Below, piece after piece: positions 18,314-28,358 of a stretch of DNA of 64,000 bases; within the stretch, counting starts at the first letter, position 1, and the number at the start of each line of letters is the position of its first letter. This DNA is from a virus (Duplodnaviria; Caudoviricetes), in IMG/VR virus record IMGVR_UViG_3300020576_004053, positions 32,001 to 96,000 of that record. One strand, given 5' to 3'. The notes under the pieces are model-generated. The model saw nothing but the letters and a program-made list of their open reading frames with translations, had not been told where the DNA came from and searched no databases. The position numbers were made by a program, and so were the translations under genes.

Positions 18314-18916
18314 TTAATACTGATTATTTGTCAATTCAGAAAAGAATGCACTAAATAATCCATTCAATCGATCTTCACGGGCAGCGTTTAAACTGTTCTG
18401 TACGTTCTCATACAAAAATGCCCCATGGGTTGATGGATTTGACACAATATCGAAGCAAATGAGATTAAAATCCTCATCAACCGCTACCGTGCTCTCGTCC
18501 ATGTTAACGACCGATCCCATCCCACGACTTGAAATTCCTAATTGGATACCATTCTTCATCAGTTCCTTTACAATATTACCAGATGGAGTTGATAGAATTT
18601 CTAGGGTACCCACCAGATCATCACCTTCCCAATGCATTTCGGTAATGTTATGACTTACGTTGCGAAGATTAACGACTGAATCCGAGGGATGGTCCAGTTC
18701 TCCCATCGCTCGGCGTCCTTTTACAAATTCTTCCAAATATTTCGCAGCTTCACGCTCTAAAATAGGACGTGGATAGATACGACCATTCTGATTTTTTGCG
18801 TCTGCCCGCTGAAGGATTGCTTTGATTTGAACGGTTCCATTTCCTTTTCGAATGGCTTCGTTCACATACGTGCGATCATATGACAGCGGGATATATTCTT
18901 GGATTAGTTTACCCAT
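18314..18916 (-). CDS. gp21: Prohead maturation protease (gp21-like)
   Basis: NQNGRIYP, GELDHP, SH.IT, GISSRGMGS, FDIVSNPSTHGA. Confidence 0.96.
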   Translation of the reverse strand: MGKLIQEYIPLSYDRTYVNEAIRKGNGTVQIKAILQRADAKNQNGRIYPRPILEREAAKYLEEFVKGRRAMGELDHPSDSVVNLRNVSHNITEMHWEGDDLVGTLEILSTPSGNIVKELMKNGIQLGISSRGMGSVVNMDESTVAVDEDFNLICFDIVSNPSTHGAFLYENVQNSLNAAREDRLNGLFSAFFSELTNNQY

Positions 18917-18917
18917 C

Positions 18918-19868
18918 TTATGTTCTCGTGTTTCTGTAATTTTTGCCAGTTTTCAAATAATTGAACCGAAGAGTATGGTCATTATCTACGTCTACTTTAT
19001 ATGACCATCCCTTAGCGACCCATGGTAATGCAATTTTTTCAAGAGCACGAATATTATCAAACGATTTTTTCATATCATCATTCGATGGAAATGGAAAAAT
19101 GTCGGTTGCTCGCGTTCCCTTGGGTGCCTCTTTCTGAAACTGTTGTAATTTTGCATCGGTAGCAGCCGTACTATGTGCAAATCCTTGCAATGCCAACACC
19201 TTCTTATTGTGCATAGCTTCAGATGGAATAGTGGTCTGCTCATCCGGATCGGTAAAATACTTTGACAATAATCCAGAATCATATGACGCTTCCATATCCA
19301 TCAATTCAATGTGATCCGGAGAATCATCTGATGCAGGATCATAATAGTCATCCGGTACATCGATGTCTCTATCCCATGCCTGTGGATCATATTTCATGTA
19401 ATTCGAATCGGGTGCGGGTTTTGTTAATGGATTACCGTCTTGATCCGTATCCGGTGCATGCGAATCATATGACCGCTTGCTATAATCCGTTCGCTGTTTA
19501 GGTGGACGGGATACCGGTACAGATGGCTTGGGCTTTGAAATAATAGGCTTTGCGGGCGTAGGTTCTGGTGCCGGTTTTTGCGCAGCCGCTGGTTTAGGCT
19601 TTACTGACGACGGAGTAGTATCGGGTCGTGTATATGCCGGTTTCTGGGCTGGCTTCTGTGCAGACGCTGGTTTCTGTGCACTTGCCGGTATAGGCTTCCA
19701 CGTGCCCAATTCTCGCTTGTGAGTGGCCACGTGCGCACCGGTCTTCGGATCAATATATCCCGCCGTATTATTCTTGAAGTCCACCAACCCCATAGAACGA
19801 GCCTGAGCGGCAGAACTGCTCACCGCTTCCAAAATCCACGATGGAATCAAATCAATTAGTCGCATCAT
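18918..19868 (-). CDS. Pro/Lys-rich hypothetical protein, probable internal head protein
   Basis: N-terminal MRLIDL...ILE|A, AQARSMGL..GYIDP motif, ASAQKP repeats. Confidence 0.65.
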   Translation of the reverse strand: MMRLIDLIPSWILEAVSSSAAQARSMGLVDFKNNTAGYIDPKTGAHVATHKRELGTWKPIPASAQKPASAQKPAQKPAYTRPDTTPSSVKPKPAAAQKPAPEPTPAKPIISKPKPSVPVSRPPKQRTDYSKRSYDSHAPDTDQDGNPLTKPAPDSNYMKYDPQAWDRDIDVPDDYYDPASDDSPDHIELMDMEASYDSGLLSKYFTDPDEQTTIPSEAMHNKKVLALQGFAHSTAATDAKLQQFQKEAPKGTRATDIFPFPSNDDMKKSFDNIRALEKIALPWVAKGWSYKVDVDNDHTLRFNYLKTGKNYRNTRT

Positions 19869-20317
19869 CCACGTAGCTCCCGAAGACAGTTTCGAATTTC
19901 TTCCAATTTAGCTTCCATCTTACCAATGTGTTTAGCGGTGCGCTTCCATAATTTGTCGTGAGGAGTTTTAGTCTCAGTCTTCAATCGGGTCGCCATACGA
20001 ACTGCTCTATGCATCTCATTGATCTGACGCGTAATTTCTTGAATCGTCGTACCAATTTTCTGCACTTCATTTCGGAGTGGATCGGATTTGAATGCATGAT
20101 ATCTAGTAGCCGCCTCTTCTACCACATCATCGGTGTTCAACGGGTCAGTTGATTCACCAAATGGTAATACTTCATGATCTACTTTTTTATCCCCCACCGG
20201 CTTCCGCTTACCGAATGCATAGGGTGTTTGATATCCGGCTACTGCACCAGTCGCTGAAATTTCTTCCAACTCATCTTCGATCATTTCTCTGACGATTTTT
20301 CTAAATTTGTCATTCAT
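19865..20317 (-). CDS. Hypothetical head-region protein (150 aa)
   Basis: IVREMIEDELEEISATGAVAGYQTPYAF N-terminus, helical C-terminus; ATGA overlaps. Confidence 0.75.
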   Translation of the reverse strand: MNDKFRKIVREMIEDELEEISATGAVAGYQTPYAFGKRKPVGDKKVDHEVLPFGESTDPLNTDDVVEEAATRYHAFKSDPLRNEVQKIGTTIQEITRQINEMHRAVRMATRLKTETKTPHDKLWKRTAKHIGKMEAKLEEIRNCLRELRG

Positions 20318-21195
20318 ACCGTCATCTCTTTGATAATTTCATATGCCAACATAAGAGCAACCATATGAGAATCTTGGATCGTCTTTTCTTTGGCAATAAT
20401 ATCTAACTGAGCCGACACTTCATTAAGCTTAATCTGCGTAATTTTATTCGTGCATGATGTGCCTAATTTTCGAAGAGTTTCTTGAATGACCGGAATTTCT
20501 TTCGAAATATGAGTGCGTAATGTGCCCATGGTCGTAGTATTATTGATATACTCACGTAACAAGGTTTTCTGATTATCATTCAACGTGCCATACTTCTTGT
20601 TGAATTTTTCAATAAGCACCTTATACGTCAACATACGTAGATCTTCTGACTGCTTAGTAAATTCGGAAATCATATTTGACGTTTCCTTCATTACTTGTTT
20701 CGTCTTGTACTTACCAGATAGATGCTCTACTAACGTAAATCGGGCGTTTGCAATGTCACGAATATTGATCACAGAATCTATAGTATTCTGTGATATTTCG
20801 GTCGCAAACGTCTTATAGATAGAGGCATTAATCGTATAATTGGGATCTCGTGATGAGAGAAATTCTTTCAACGGATAGTGTGTTTTGATTTCCTTAATCA
20901 ACTCATATTTTTCTCGTAGCAATTTCTTTTCATCTAACTTTTTACGCTGCTCACAGACCATATTGATATAGGTCATCGCACGAGATTCTACCAAGGGCTT
21001 ATTGCCAAAGAACGCATGATACAATTGCAATTCTTTGCCCAGTTCCGTAGATGCGTTAAATCGCTTCTGCATGATTTGCATGGCCGGGGAATCTGATTTC
21101 CCTGCCAATGTATCTGCAGTGATTTGACGAACTAATAATTCAAACAATAGTCCGCAATTCTTGATTTTGTTGTTCGTAATATTCCGTTGCTTCAT
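20314..21195 (-). CDS. Hypothetical helical head-assembly-region protein (293 aa); start refined to MKQRN
   Basis: KIKNCGLLFELLVRQIT; GGAG RBS before 21195; a promoter box only 4 nt from the upstream ATG at 21255 argues against that start. Confidence 0.75.
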   Translation of the reverse strand: MKQRNITNNKIKNCGLLFELLVRQITADTLAGKSDSPAMQIMQKRFNASTELGKELQLYHAFFGNKPLVESRAMTYINMVCEQRKKLDEKKLLREKYELIKEIKTHYPLKEFLSSRDPNYTINASIYKTFATEISQNTIDSVINIRDIANARFTLVEHLSGKYKTKQVMKETSNMISEFTKQSEDLRMLTYKVLIEKFNKKYGTLNDNQKTLLREYINNTTTMGTLRTHISKEIPVIQETLRKLGTSCTNKITQIKLNEVSAQLDIIAKEKTIQDSHMVALMLAYEIIKEMTV

Positions 21196-21258
21196 GCGAC
21201 ACTCCGTGAGTCGTCGAGTATTATATAGAAAAACCCGATATTCATTTCTCACCATCTG

Positions 21259-21266
21259 TATAAATA
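21259..21266 (-). promoter_or_regulatory. Putative late promoter TATTTATA
   Basis: Intergenic motif after portal stop; TATTTATACAGATG resembles the 7046 and 13796 contexts. Confidence 0.7.
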
Positions 21267-21276
21267 TTCAAAAATA

Positions 21277-23241
21277 TCATATATCTTCTGTTTTTGGTAA
21301 TATATTTCGTTCATCTAAAAATGTGCCGTTATCATTGAATAAATCGTTTTGTTCCGTTAAGAGTTCTGACCGAGAATCGATTTTTGTTAATCGATCCAAC
21401 ATATGGCGTACTTCCATGGATAACCCTGTACGGGGTGCGGGCTTACGTTTTTGAGCAACATGAAGGGCTTTATACCGTTCCTTAAACCCTAACGGATCAC
21501 GACCTCGCACATGACTATCTTGTGCGTACTGAGGGTTCTTAGGGGGCTGTCCTCGCGTTTCTTCTTCATCATCATCCACCTCTTCCTCTTGAATGCCCAA
21601 ATCTTCGGCAGTAGGTAGATCATCGATAGACTGTGGTGATACTCCTGCCCCACCCGTACTAGGCGCACTACCGGGGGGAACTTCAGGTGCACCACCCATG
21701 CCATCAGCCGGATTTCCACCCGCTGCCTGTTGACGCTGCATATTTTCTTCTGGCGTACGATCTTGTGGAAATCCGAATTTCATGGGGTCAGACAGACCTT
21801 GTTCAATTTGACCCAAACGATATGCTCGCTTCGTATCCAATACAATCTTCTGACGTTCTTCGTCGAATTCTGCTTTCGGCATATCAAAAATATTTTCATA
21901 CATCCAATCACTGCTAAACATCTTGGCTTGTTGCATTTGGGTCACCAACGCAATCTTCTGCTGCCATAGATTGATTTTTTCTTGTTCGTAGATTGTGGAT
22001 GGATTTGTCAAGGATAGGCTAAATCCTACTAAATCTGCATCCGTGAATCCCTGTGCGTATAAATGGACAATACCAATCTTCGTCAATTCAGAGATAATGA
22101 TACGCTGAATACGTTCGACCGTACGAGCAAATCGAACGTCTTCTGCCGCCAGCGTAGCCTTTCCATTGACGTTTTCATCATATCCCAAGAACGCTTTTGG
22201 AATCTTCAATGCTGCCATCATCTTGTTACGCAGATATTCAATGTCCTCAATCGGATTGAATTCCATGCCCTGCAGATTTTCGATGCTCGTACCAGAATCA
22301 CTTCCACGAACCGGGAGGTAGAAATCTTCCATCAAATTCTGCATATTCCATCGTAAGTTGTAATCCCCGGTCGTTTGATCGATATATGGGACTTTCTTCG
22401 TACGATCCATTAATTTCTGGATAAACGTATCGACTTCATTGGGTGGAATATTACCAATGTCAATCTTAAAGACACGCTTTTCCGGTGCGCGCATAATACG
22501 ATGGATCATCATGGCGTCTTCCATGAGAATCAACTGTCTGAAAATACGACGTGCCGATTCAATTTCGGATTTGCCATATGGTAAGAAATTCGTATCCGAT
22601 AACATACGAAAGTGTGCGATTTCATAGTTATCGAACTTTTGTTTAAACCCGTTAGTACCCAACGTTTCAAAATAGACGTAGTACGGATTATCGATGTCGG
22701 AGCCTTCTACTCGCACCGTATCATAATGCGATAACGGCATTACGTTGTGGATGCCATACTCTGGCGATATTTCCAAAAACAAAAAGAAATCTCCGTATTT
22801 ACAGAGATTACGAGTCCACGGCCATAAGTTGAATTCAATATTCAGAATATCATAATACAAGTTGTGTAACACATCTTTGATATGCTGATTTTCAGTATTG
22901 ATGGTTAGGATATCACCATATTCATTTTTGACAGTACTTTCATCGGCGTAAATGTCCAATGCCGATGCAATAATAGGATCTTGATCCATGGTATCATAAT
23001 CACGGAATAACATAAGGCGTTGTGCTTGAAACGCCATATTCGATCCGTACTGCGAATTATAGTGTGACGCATAGCCGGTACCAGAATGAATGCGAGAATA
23101 TCGATCTCGCATTGCATTGGACATTGTACTTTGAATATTATCGGTGTCGGCAACGCGAAGCTTTTTACCTCCGACGTTACGAACGATAACATTCGTACTG
23201 AACAGTTTTTTTAATCGTGCATATAAAGACGTATCTGACAT
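21277..23241 (-). CDS. gp20: Portal protein (gp20-like)
   Basis: ALDIYADE, LMEDAMMIHRIMRAPEKRVFKIDIGN, EDFYLPVRG..SGT.I..L.G, ALKIPKAFL. Confidence 0.96.
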   Translation of the reverse strand: MSDTSLYARLKKLFSTNVIVRNVGGKKLRVADTDNIQSTMSNAMRDRYSRIHSGTGYASHYNSQYGSNMAFQAQRLMLFRDYDTMDQDPIIASALDIYADESTVKNEYGDILTINTENQHIKDVLHNLYYDILNIEFNLWPWTRNLCKYGDFFLFLEISPEYGIHNVMPLSHYDTVRVEGSDIDNPYYVYFETLGTNGFKQKFDNYEIAHFRMLSDTNFLPYGKSEIESARRIFRQLILMEDAMMIHRIMRAPEKRVFKIDIGNIPPNEVDTFIQKLMDRTKKVPYIDQTTGDYNLRWNMQNLMEDFYLPVRGSDSGTSIENLQGMEFNPIEDIEYLRNKMMAALKIPKAFLGYDENVNGKATLAAEDVRFARTVERIQRIIISELTKIGIVHLYAQGFTDADLVGFSLSLTNPSTIYEQEKINLWQQKIALVTQMQQAKMFSSDWMYENIFDMPKAEFDEERQKIVLDTKRAYRLGQIEQGLSDPMKFGFPQDRTPEENMQRQQAAGGNPADGMGGAPEVPPGSAPSTGGAGVSPQSIDDLPTAEDLGIQEEEVDDDEEETRGQPPKNPQYAQDSHVRGRDPLGFKERYKALHVAQKRKPAPRTGLSMEVRHMLDRLTKIDSRSELLTEQNDLFNDNGTFLDERNILPKTEDI

Positions 23242-23244
23242 AGA

Positions 23245-23637
23245 TTACACTAAATTATGAAGGAAAATTCTTCGCTCGTGTACGGTTTTCGTAAACGATG
23301 GTTCAAACGCATGCCCCAGTTCAATCAACTTTCGTAATGGGCATTCACACCAAATAGTATTAATAGATTCATCAGGATTTAGTTCTTTTCGCGCAATCCA
23401 GCGATGATGACCGTCTAAGATATATCCTGTCTCTGAAACGATTAATGGAATAGACAAGGCATCTTGTTTTTCTTTTAACGCTTCGACCTTGCTACGATTT
23501 ACGTGTTGTTGGATAGGCTTTAGCTTAATTATCGGCAATCTACGTAATGCGGCATTAATCCCATTTTCACGTAGGAAATTTACAAACTCATCCAGTTTAC
23601 CGGACGGAATCTGTGGTAACTTATGCCGTGGCAGCAC
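23245..23637 (-). CDS. ParB/Srx-like domain protein
   Basis: PR..LPQI, LKPIQ, PLIVS..GYILDGHHRW. Confidence 0.8.
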   Translation of the reverse strand: MLPRHKLPQIPSGKLDEFVNFLRENGINAALRRLPIIKLKPIQQHVNRSKVEALKEKQDALSIPLIVSETGYILDGHHRWIARKELNPDESINTIWCECPLRKLIELGHAFEPSFTKTVHERRIFLHNLV

Positions 23638-24268
23638 TGACGGCTCCTAACTGTGGAATGCGTATTGCGTCAATTTTGATCTGTTTCTTATTGTAGGGCG
23701 CTTTCAAGGATTCAATTGCCGCAATATCACTCTTATTGTAATCGAAATATTGAATTTCTTTATACCCAGTCTTGATTTTCTTCTCTACGAATTTACGCTT
23801 CTTCTGACCAGCAGATGAACCAAAGGGTACGATTTTTACACCGTTATCAATTCCCATTCCCTTCAAATATTTTGCGACTTCTACCGCTTGGGTACGTGCC
23901 GTAAATACGATAAAATCCCCGCCAAACTGCAGAACTTTATGAATGAGTGCTTTGTAGGCTTTTTGCTTTGCCTCGGGGATTTGATTTTTTTCAGCGTGTA
24001 GAATGTTCGGATCAAAGTTTAAGATGATTAGACGCCCTAAATTCTGGTCACCCTCTTCTTCCTCTCCATCCTTTACCCGCACGAGTTTACCGTCGACTGT
24101 ACGCGCCATTACCACACGAGTATCCGGATCAATCCACCCACCAAATCCACCATATACTAGTCCCAATGCCTTTGCCTGTTCACCGGGACTCTGACCGGCT
24201 TCTAATAATAGCTGCTTGGTAATGACACGATTGATATACCGATCTATCTTATTCATATGCAATCTCAA
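23621..24268 (-). CDS. Degenerate HAD-fold protein with N-terminal head-targeting-like module (likely start 24256)
   Basis: HAD-like motifs LNFDPNIL, VFTAR, K, YFDY..SD; N-terminal LLLE|A..EQAKALGL..GGWIDP. Confidence 0.6.
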   Translation of the reverse strand: MRLHMNKIDRYINRVITKQLLLEAGQSPGEQAKALGLVYGGFGGWIDPDTRVVMARTVDGKLVRVKDGEEEEGDQNLGRLIILNFDPNILHAEKNQIPEAKQKAYKALIHKVLQFGGDFIVFTARTQAVEVAKYLKGMGIDNGVKIVPFGSSAGQKKRKFVEKKIKTGYKEIQYFDYNKSDIAAIESLKAPYNKKQIKIDAIRIPQLGAVSAATA

Positions 24269-24274
24269 TATTTG

Positions 24275-25936
24275 TTAGGATAACAACCATCGCAAATCTT
24301 CAATATTCGTATTTCCCTGCGGTGTTTGCACACCTAATGGCATAATATATGGATCAACCGGTTTGTTGACATTTGAGTATACCGCTTCATAGTCACCCGC
24401 TCGCTTAATCCCATCCAGTGCCACACGAGTTAAGCCGTTTGCCCGTTCATGCAACACCATCGATGTATCACGCACCCATAATCCTATACATAGCGACATA
24501 ACCAAGTCATCGTTATATCCGCCCATTGCCTGTGCCTTATTTCCGTCCCAAATAAACACTCGCAGTTCCTGAATCGTGCGAATAGAGTTGATTTTGATCG
24601 CTTCATTGGCATTTAGCTGGATTTCTCTCATATAGGTCTGTAATTTATCAATCATTACCGGACGGGTTTTCGTGGACGTTGTAAATCCTATCACCGCTTT
24701 TTGTTCACGACCACGATATCGATTGGAATAATTACGCTGCATATCTACCACACGAATATCTTGTTGCATGTAGAAAATATTATTGTACGACCGATCTACT
24801 AACCGCTGCAACACTGCAAATCCATGGTTGGCATTTTCGACCACCAACAACGCGTCATTATATTGTACCGCCACCACCTTCAATAAATCTGCATAGGTGG
24901 TAGTATCGACCTTACCCTTGTACTCTGCGACCTGTTCTAGATCATCTACGTCAATGACATGGAATGCCGAATAGTCAGTTCCATCTCCACGGGCCACGTC
25001 AGCAACAACAATATAGCGATGCCCTTGATACGGTCGTTTCCACACCCATAGATTATTGTCAAACCCTTCCTTAAATTCAGGTTCCGTGGTTTCAGCGGCA
25101 TACAATTCAATAATCTCAGCATCGATAACCGTATTACCAGATCCAATAAAATCGGCGTCATATTCTTGCTTAGCGGCGCGTTCGCCCTGAATCTTGCCCA
25201 TTTGATCACGCCATGCCTGATCACGTTCTGGGTGTACCCGCCAGTCCAACTTGATCGGATGGAATGCAAAATTTCTAGTGACGCCACCATCTGCGTGAAT
25301 TTCGTCCTTTTCACCACGAATTGCCTTCTCCCACGTTTGATGGAAGAAATTACCTACACCATTCGGGGTACTAATCAAAATCGCATTACCACCCGTTGCC
25401 AACGTTGGTAATGCGGCAATCCAAATAGAATCTACGTTCTTAATGAATGCAGCTTCGTCTAAGATCAATAGCGACAGAGCTTCAGAACGACCTGCATCTT
25501 CTGATGCCGTAGATGCTTTAATAGCCGACCCATTCGCAAATTTCAATCCAAGCTTATGCGCTTCGACACATTCTAAACGTAACCATACCGGGAGATTGTC
25601 AAATGCATACTTAACTTTGGTAATAAGATTCTTGGCGGTTTCTTGCTTCGTTGCAATGACCAATACGTTCTTATCGCCATGGAACACCATCAACCACAGC
25701 GCATAACAAGCCGCTGCGGTTGAAATACCAATCTGGCGTCCTTTGAGAATGATGTTGAAATTAAACTGCTCAAAATCACTAATCGCTTCATCTTGATAGG
25801 GATACAAATCAAACAAGATTTTGCCACGAATTGGATGTTGAATGTAACAATATGTCTTAATGAAATATTGTGGACTCTTCAAACACTTCATGTACTCTTT
25901 TTCAATTAAAGCTTTATAATTTAGCGGTTCGGCCAT
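24275..25936 (-). CDS. terL: Terminase large subunit (gp17-like); start refined to MAEPLNY
   Basis: LYPYQ, KGRQIGIST, LILDEAAF, ISTPNG, DVARG.G.DYS, GYNDDLVM. Confidence 0.96.
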   Translation of the reverse strand: MAEPLNYKALIEKEYMKCLKSPQYFIKTYCYIQHPIRGKILFDLYPYQDEAISDFEQFNFNIILKGRQIGISTAAACYALWLMVFHGDKNVLVIATKQETAKNLITKVKYAFDNLPVWLRLECVEAHKLGLKFANGSAIKASTASEDAGRSEALSLLILDEAAFIKNVDSIWIAALPTLATGGNAILISTPNGVGNFFHQTWEKAIRGEKDEIHADGGVTRNFAFHPIKLDWRVHPERDQAWRDQMGKIQGERAAKQEYDADFIGSGNTVIDAEIIELYAAETTEPEFKEGFDNNLWVWKRPYQGHRYIVVADVARGDGTDYSAFHVIDVDDLEQVAEYKGKVDTTTYADLLKVVAVQYNDALLVVENANHGFAVLQRLVDRSYNNIFYMQQDIRVVDMQRNYSNRYRGREQKAVIGFTTSTKTRPVMIDKLQTYMREIQLNANEAIKINSIRTIQELRVFIWDGNKAQAMGGYNDDLVMSLCIGLWVRDTSMVLHERANGLTRVALDGIKRAGDYEAVYSNVNKPVDPYIMPLGVQTPQGNTNIEDLRWLLS

Positions 25937-25949
25937 TAAATGTCTCAAA

Positions 25950-26603
25950 TCATTTCATTACAGCAATTGCCGCAATGGTTCCCCCAACTGCCCCTATCAA
26001 AAAGGATGTTACCCTATTTGGTGCCGGTATTACCCATAACAACTTGGTAGGTTTTGGTGGAGTCGGTACTTCTAGAAGTCGTTTTTGAAGCGAGTCTGCT
26101 TTTTCGGAAATGCTCTTTAAATTGTCTTCCAGATTAGCAATTTTTACTTCTCGGTTCACCACAATCTCTTCTGTGACTGCTACCACTACACGCAACGAAT
26201 CCGCATTATGGCGATATCCTTCAGACAAATCCCACAACTCTTGGTACGAAGTATCTGCACCCAATGCCTTCAAACTATCCCGCGTAATGTCTAATTTCTG
26301 TTGCGTAAGATCAATTTTACTCTTAAGTTTTTCACTTTTGACTACCAACACTTCCTTGGTACTATCCAATTTAGCGTTTATACGTTGCATCTCTTTCATC
26401 TTTGCCTGAGCGAGTTCTAGTTCCTGCGAAGCCGCCTCAGCAGTTTTCTTCCATGTAGCCACTTCATTAATATAAGTATCAGGTGATGGTGTCTGACCCT
26501 TCCCTATCCAAAACATTACTGTCGCCAATACGAGCATGACCAACAACATCGTCGGATTGAACTTCAGATTGTTTTTCAGTGCCTTCAGTAACTCCCAATT
26601 CAT
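25950..26603 (-). CDS. Membrane-anchored coiled-coil protein (spanin-like candidate)
   Basis: N-terminal TM, long coiled coil, Pro hinge, C-terminal hydrophobic segment; AGGAGGAG RBS. Confidence 0.6.
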   Translation of the reverse strand: MNWELLKALKNNLKFNPTMLLVMLVLATVMFWIGKGQTPSPDTYINEVATWKKTAEAASQELELAQAKMKEMQRINAKLDSTKEVLVVKSEKLKSKIDLTQQKLDITRDSLKALGADTSYQELWDLSEGYRHNADSLRVVVAVTEEIVVNREVKIANLEDNLKSISEKADSLQKRLLEVPTPPKPTKLLWVIPAPNRVTSFLIGAVGGTIAAIAVMK

Positions 26604-27192
26604 TTAACTCCTCCTGAGCGATTGCCTCTAAGCGGGCAACCAAGATATCGGCGTCTTTGATGATATCTTCAAACAATGGCTCAAATACTGATCTCGGGGC
26701 TAATTGTTCATATCGCCCGTCTTCATATACGGCAGTTGGTGGTGAAAAATTATCAATGTATTCTCTATACTCCACCAATTTATCACGAAGAAACGCTTTT
26801 TCATTCTCACGAACCATACGCTTTTCAAAAGCGTCATACGTTCCATCTAACCGCATCTGTCCTTCGAAATCAATATTGCAATTATAGCACATGTTTCGAA
26901 GATAGTAGAACTTTCTATCAAACCGATGGTTCATAGGTTTAGAACATTTAGGGCACCACCATGGCATTCGTGCTCCGCTGAGTGATGTAATAGACCGCTT
27001 AATGCCTCCCCGCATTTCCCACCATTTACCATCTTCCTCCCACCGCTCCCCTTCGATCCGCTCGATTTTCGGAGAAATGGCCATACTCACCTGAATAACA
27101 TTCGACCATTTCTCCAGTTTATGCGCAACGTTATTACGCAATTCTTCTATCGCTGCTTCTGCCTTTGCACTTTTTGGCTTATATTCAGACAT
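26479..27192 (-). CDS. Zn-finger hypothetical protein (237 aa)
   Basis: EGERWEEDGKWW, CPKC...CYNC; GAGG RBS. Confidence 0.75.
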   Translation of the reverse strand: MSEYKPKSAKAEAAIEELRNNVAHKLEKWSNVIQVSMAISPKIERIEGERWEEDGKWWEMRGGIKRSITSLSGARMPWWCPKCSKPMNHRFDRKFYYLRNMCYNCNIDFEGQMRLDGTYDAFEKRMVRENEKAFLRDKLVEYREYIDNFSPPTAVYEDGRYEQLAPRSVFEPLFEDIIKDADILVARLEAIAQEELNELGVTEGTEKQSEVQSDDVVGHARIGDSNVLDREGSDTIT

Positions 27193-27212
27193 ACAACCTC
27201 AAATATTGTAGA

Positions 27213-28043
27213 TTAACTTTCCCATGTAACGGTAACAAATCCCATAGATCCACTGCCACCGGGACCAGATGTATTAGTAGACGTTTGAAATGACCCACCA
27301 CCACCACCGGCACCAAATCCTGTCGCGTTTGAACCGGTTATAGATCCACCAAATCCTAACGACGTATCATTTCCACCGACACCACCGCCACCAAATATAC
27401 CAGAACCACCAGTACCACCGGCTTTACCGTTAATGGAATTCAATGATGATGTGAAATAAAATCCACCAACACTATTGATAATAACCATCCCACCACGCCC
27501 AGATGGCCACGCGCCAGTACTACCACCACCCCCACCACCACCAAGCGCATAATACATGTAAATGGTGTTATCAAACCACACACTGGCGGAAAATAGTGGT
27601 AAATTCAATCCATTTGTGCCGGGATCACCACCAACACCATAACTACTAAACGTAGGTAACATTGAGATCGGTGTAGAAGCACCACCATTACTATTAGCAA
27701 TAACGGTTCCACCAAATCCACCACTTGCGAATAAATATGATCCGAACGATGTGTGTCCTCCGTGTTTCCCATCAAGACCACTGACATTTGACGGACCACC
27801 CCCACCACCAGATCCAATTAATACAGCAATTTGTTGACCAGATACCACCGGTAATGGAAAATTCACAATCATACCACCCGCACCCCCACCACCCCCACCA
27901 GCGGTACTTTTTCCACTAGCACCACCACCTCCACCACCGCATAATGTTACCATTACCAGTGATACGTTCGCCGGTACTTGGAATACACTTGATGATAGAA
28001 ATGTAGCAGATTTAATTGAATCGCCAGAATTATACCGAGGCAT
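27213..28043 (-). CDS. Glycine-rich-domain protein, adhesin/fibre tip candidate
   Basis: F.VP..V..V.VTL.GGGGGG, repeated GGGG runs, C-terminal GG.GS.G.V.V.W. Confidence 0.7.
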   Translation of the reverse strand: MPRYNSGDSIKSATFLSSSVFQVPANVSLVMVTLCGGGGGGASGKSTAGGGGGGAGGMIVNFPLPVVSGQQIAVLIGSGGGGGPSNVSGLDGKHGGHTSFGSYLFASGGFGGTVIANSNGGASTPISMLPTFSSYGVGGDPGTNGLNLPLFSASVWFDNTIYMYYALGGGGGGGSTGAWPSGRGGMVIINSVGGFYFTSSLNSINGKAGGTGGSGIFGGGGVGGNDTSLGFGGSITGSNATGFGAGGGGGSFQTSTNTSGPGGSGSMGFVTVTWES

Positions 28044-28046
28044 ATA

Positions 28047-28358
28047 TTACTCCGTATATCCCCACACCACAACACTCACATTGGAAATGTTGCTGCGTGC
28101 AAAAATACTTTCACTGTTATAGGGTGTTAAACCGGTTCGTTCAATCGATGCTCCTGCTGCTAGTGGCGCATCAAATTCAATATAATCTTGAAGTGATGGA
28201 CTACCAGATCCAGAGCCAATTAATGCTAACCGAATATTAGCTGGAAATGATGATTGATTGCAAAAATTTACCGTCACCGTTGCGCGAGATTGTGTCGGTG
28301 CGGAATATACGATATAATCGGTTGATGCGCTGATTAACCTAGCTGCCAAACGTGGCAT
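28047..28358 (-). CDS. Small beta-sandwich fibre-associated protein (103 aa)
   Basis: VY..P...A.V.VN.CN......IRLA....DYIE.D..L....ERTG; GGAGAG RBS and promoter motif. Confidence 0.7.
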   Translation of the reverse strand: MPRLAARLISASTDYIVYSAPTQSRATVTVNFCNQSSFPANIRLALIGSGSGSPSLQDYIEFDAPLAAGASIERTGLTPYNSESIFARSNISNVSVVVWGYTE

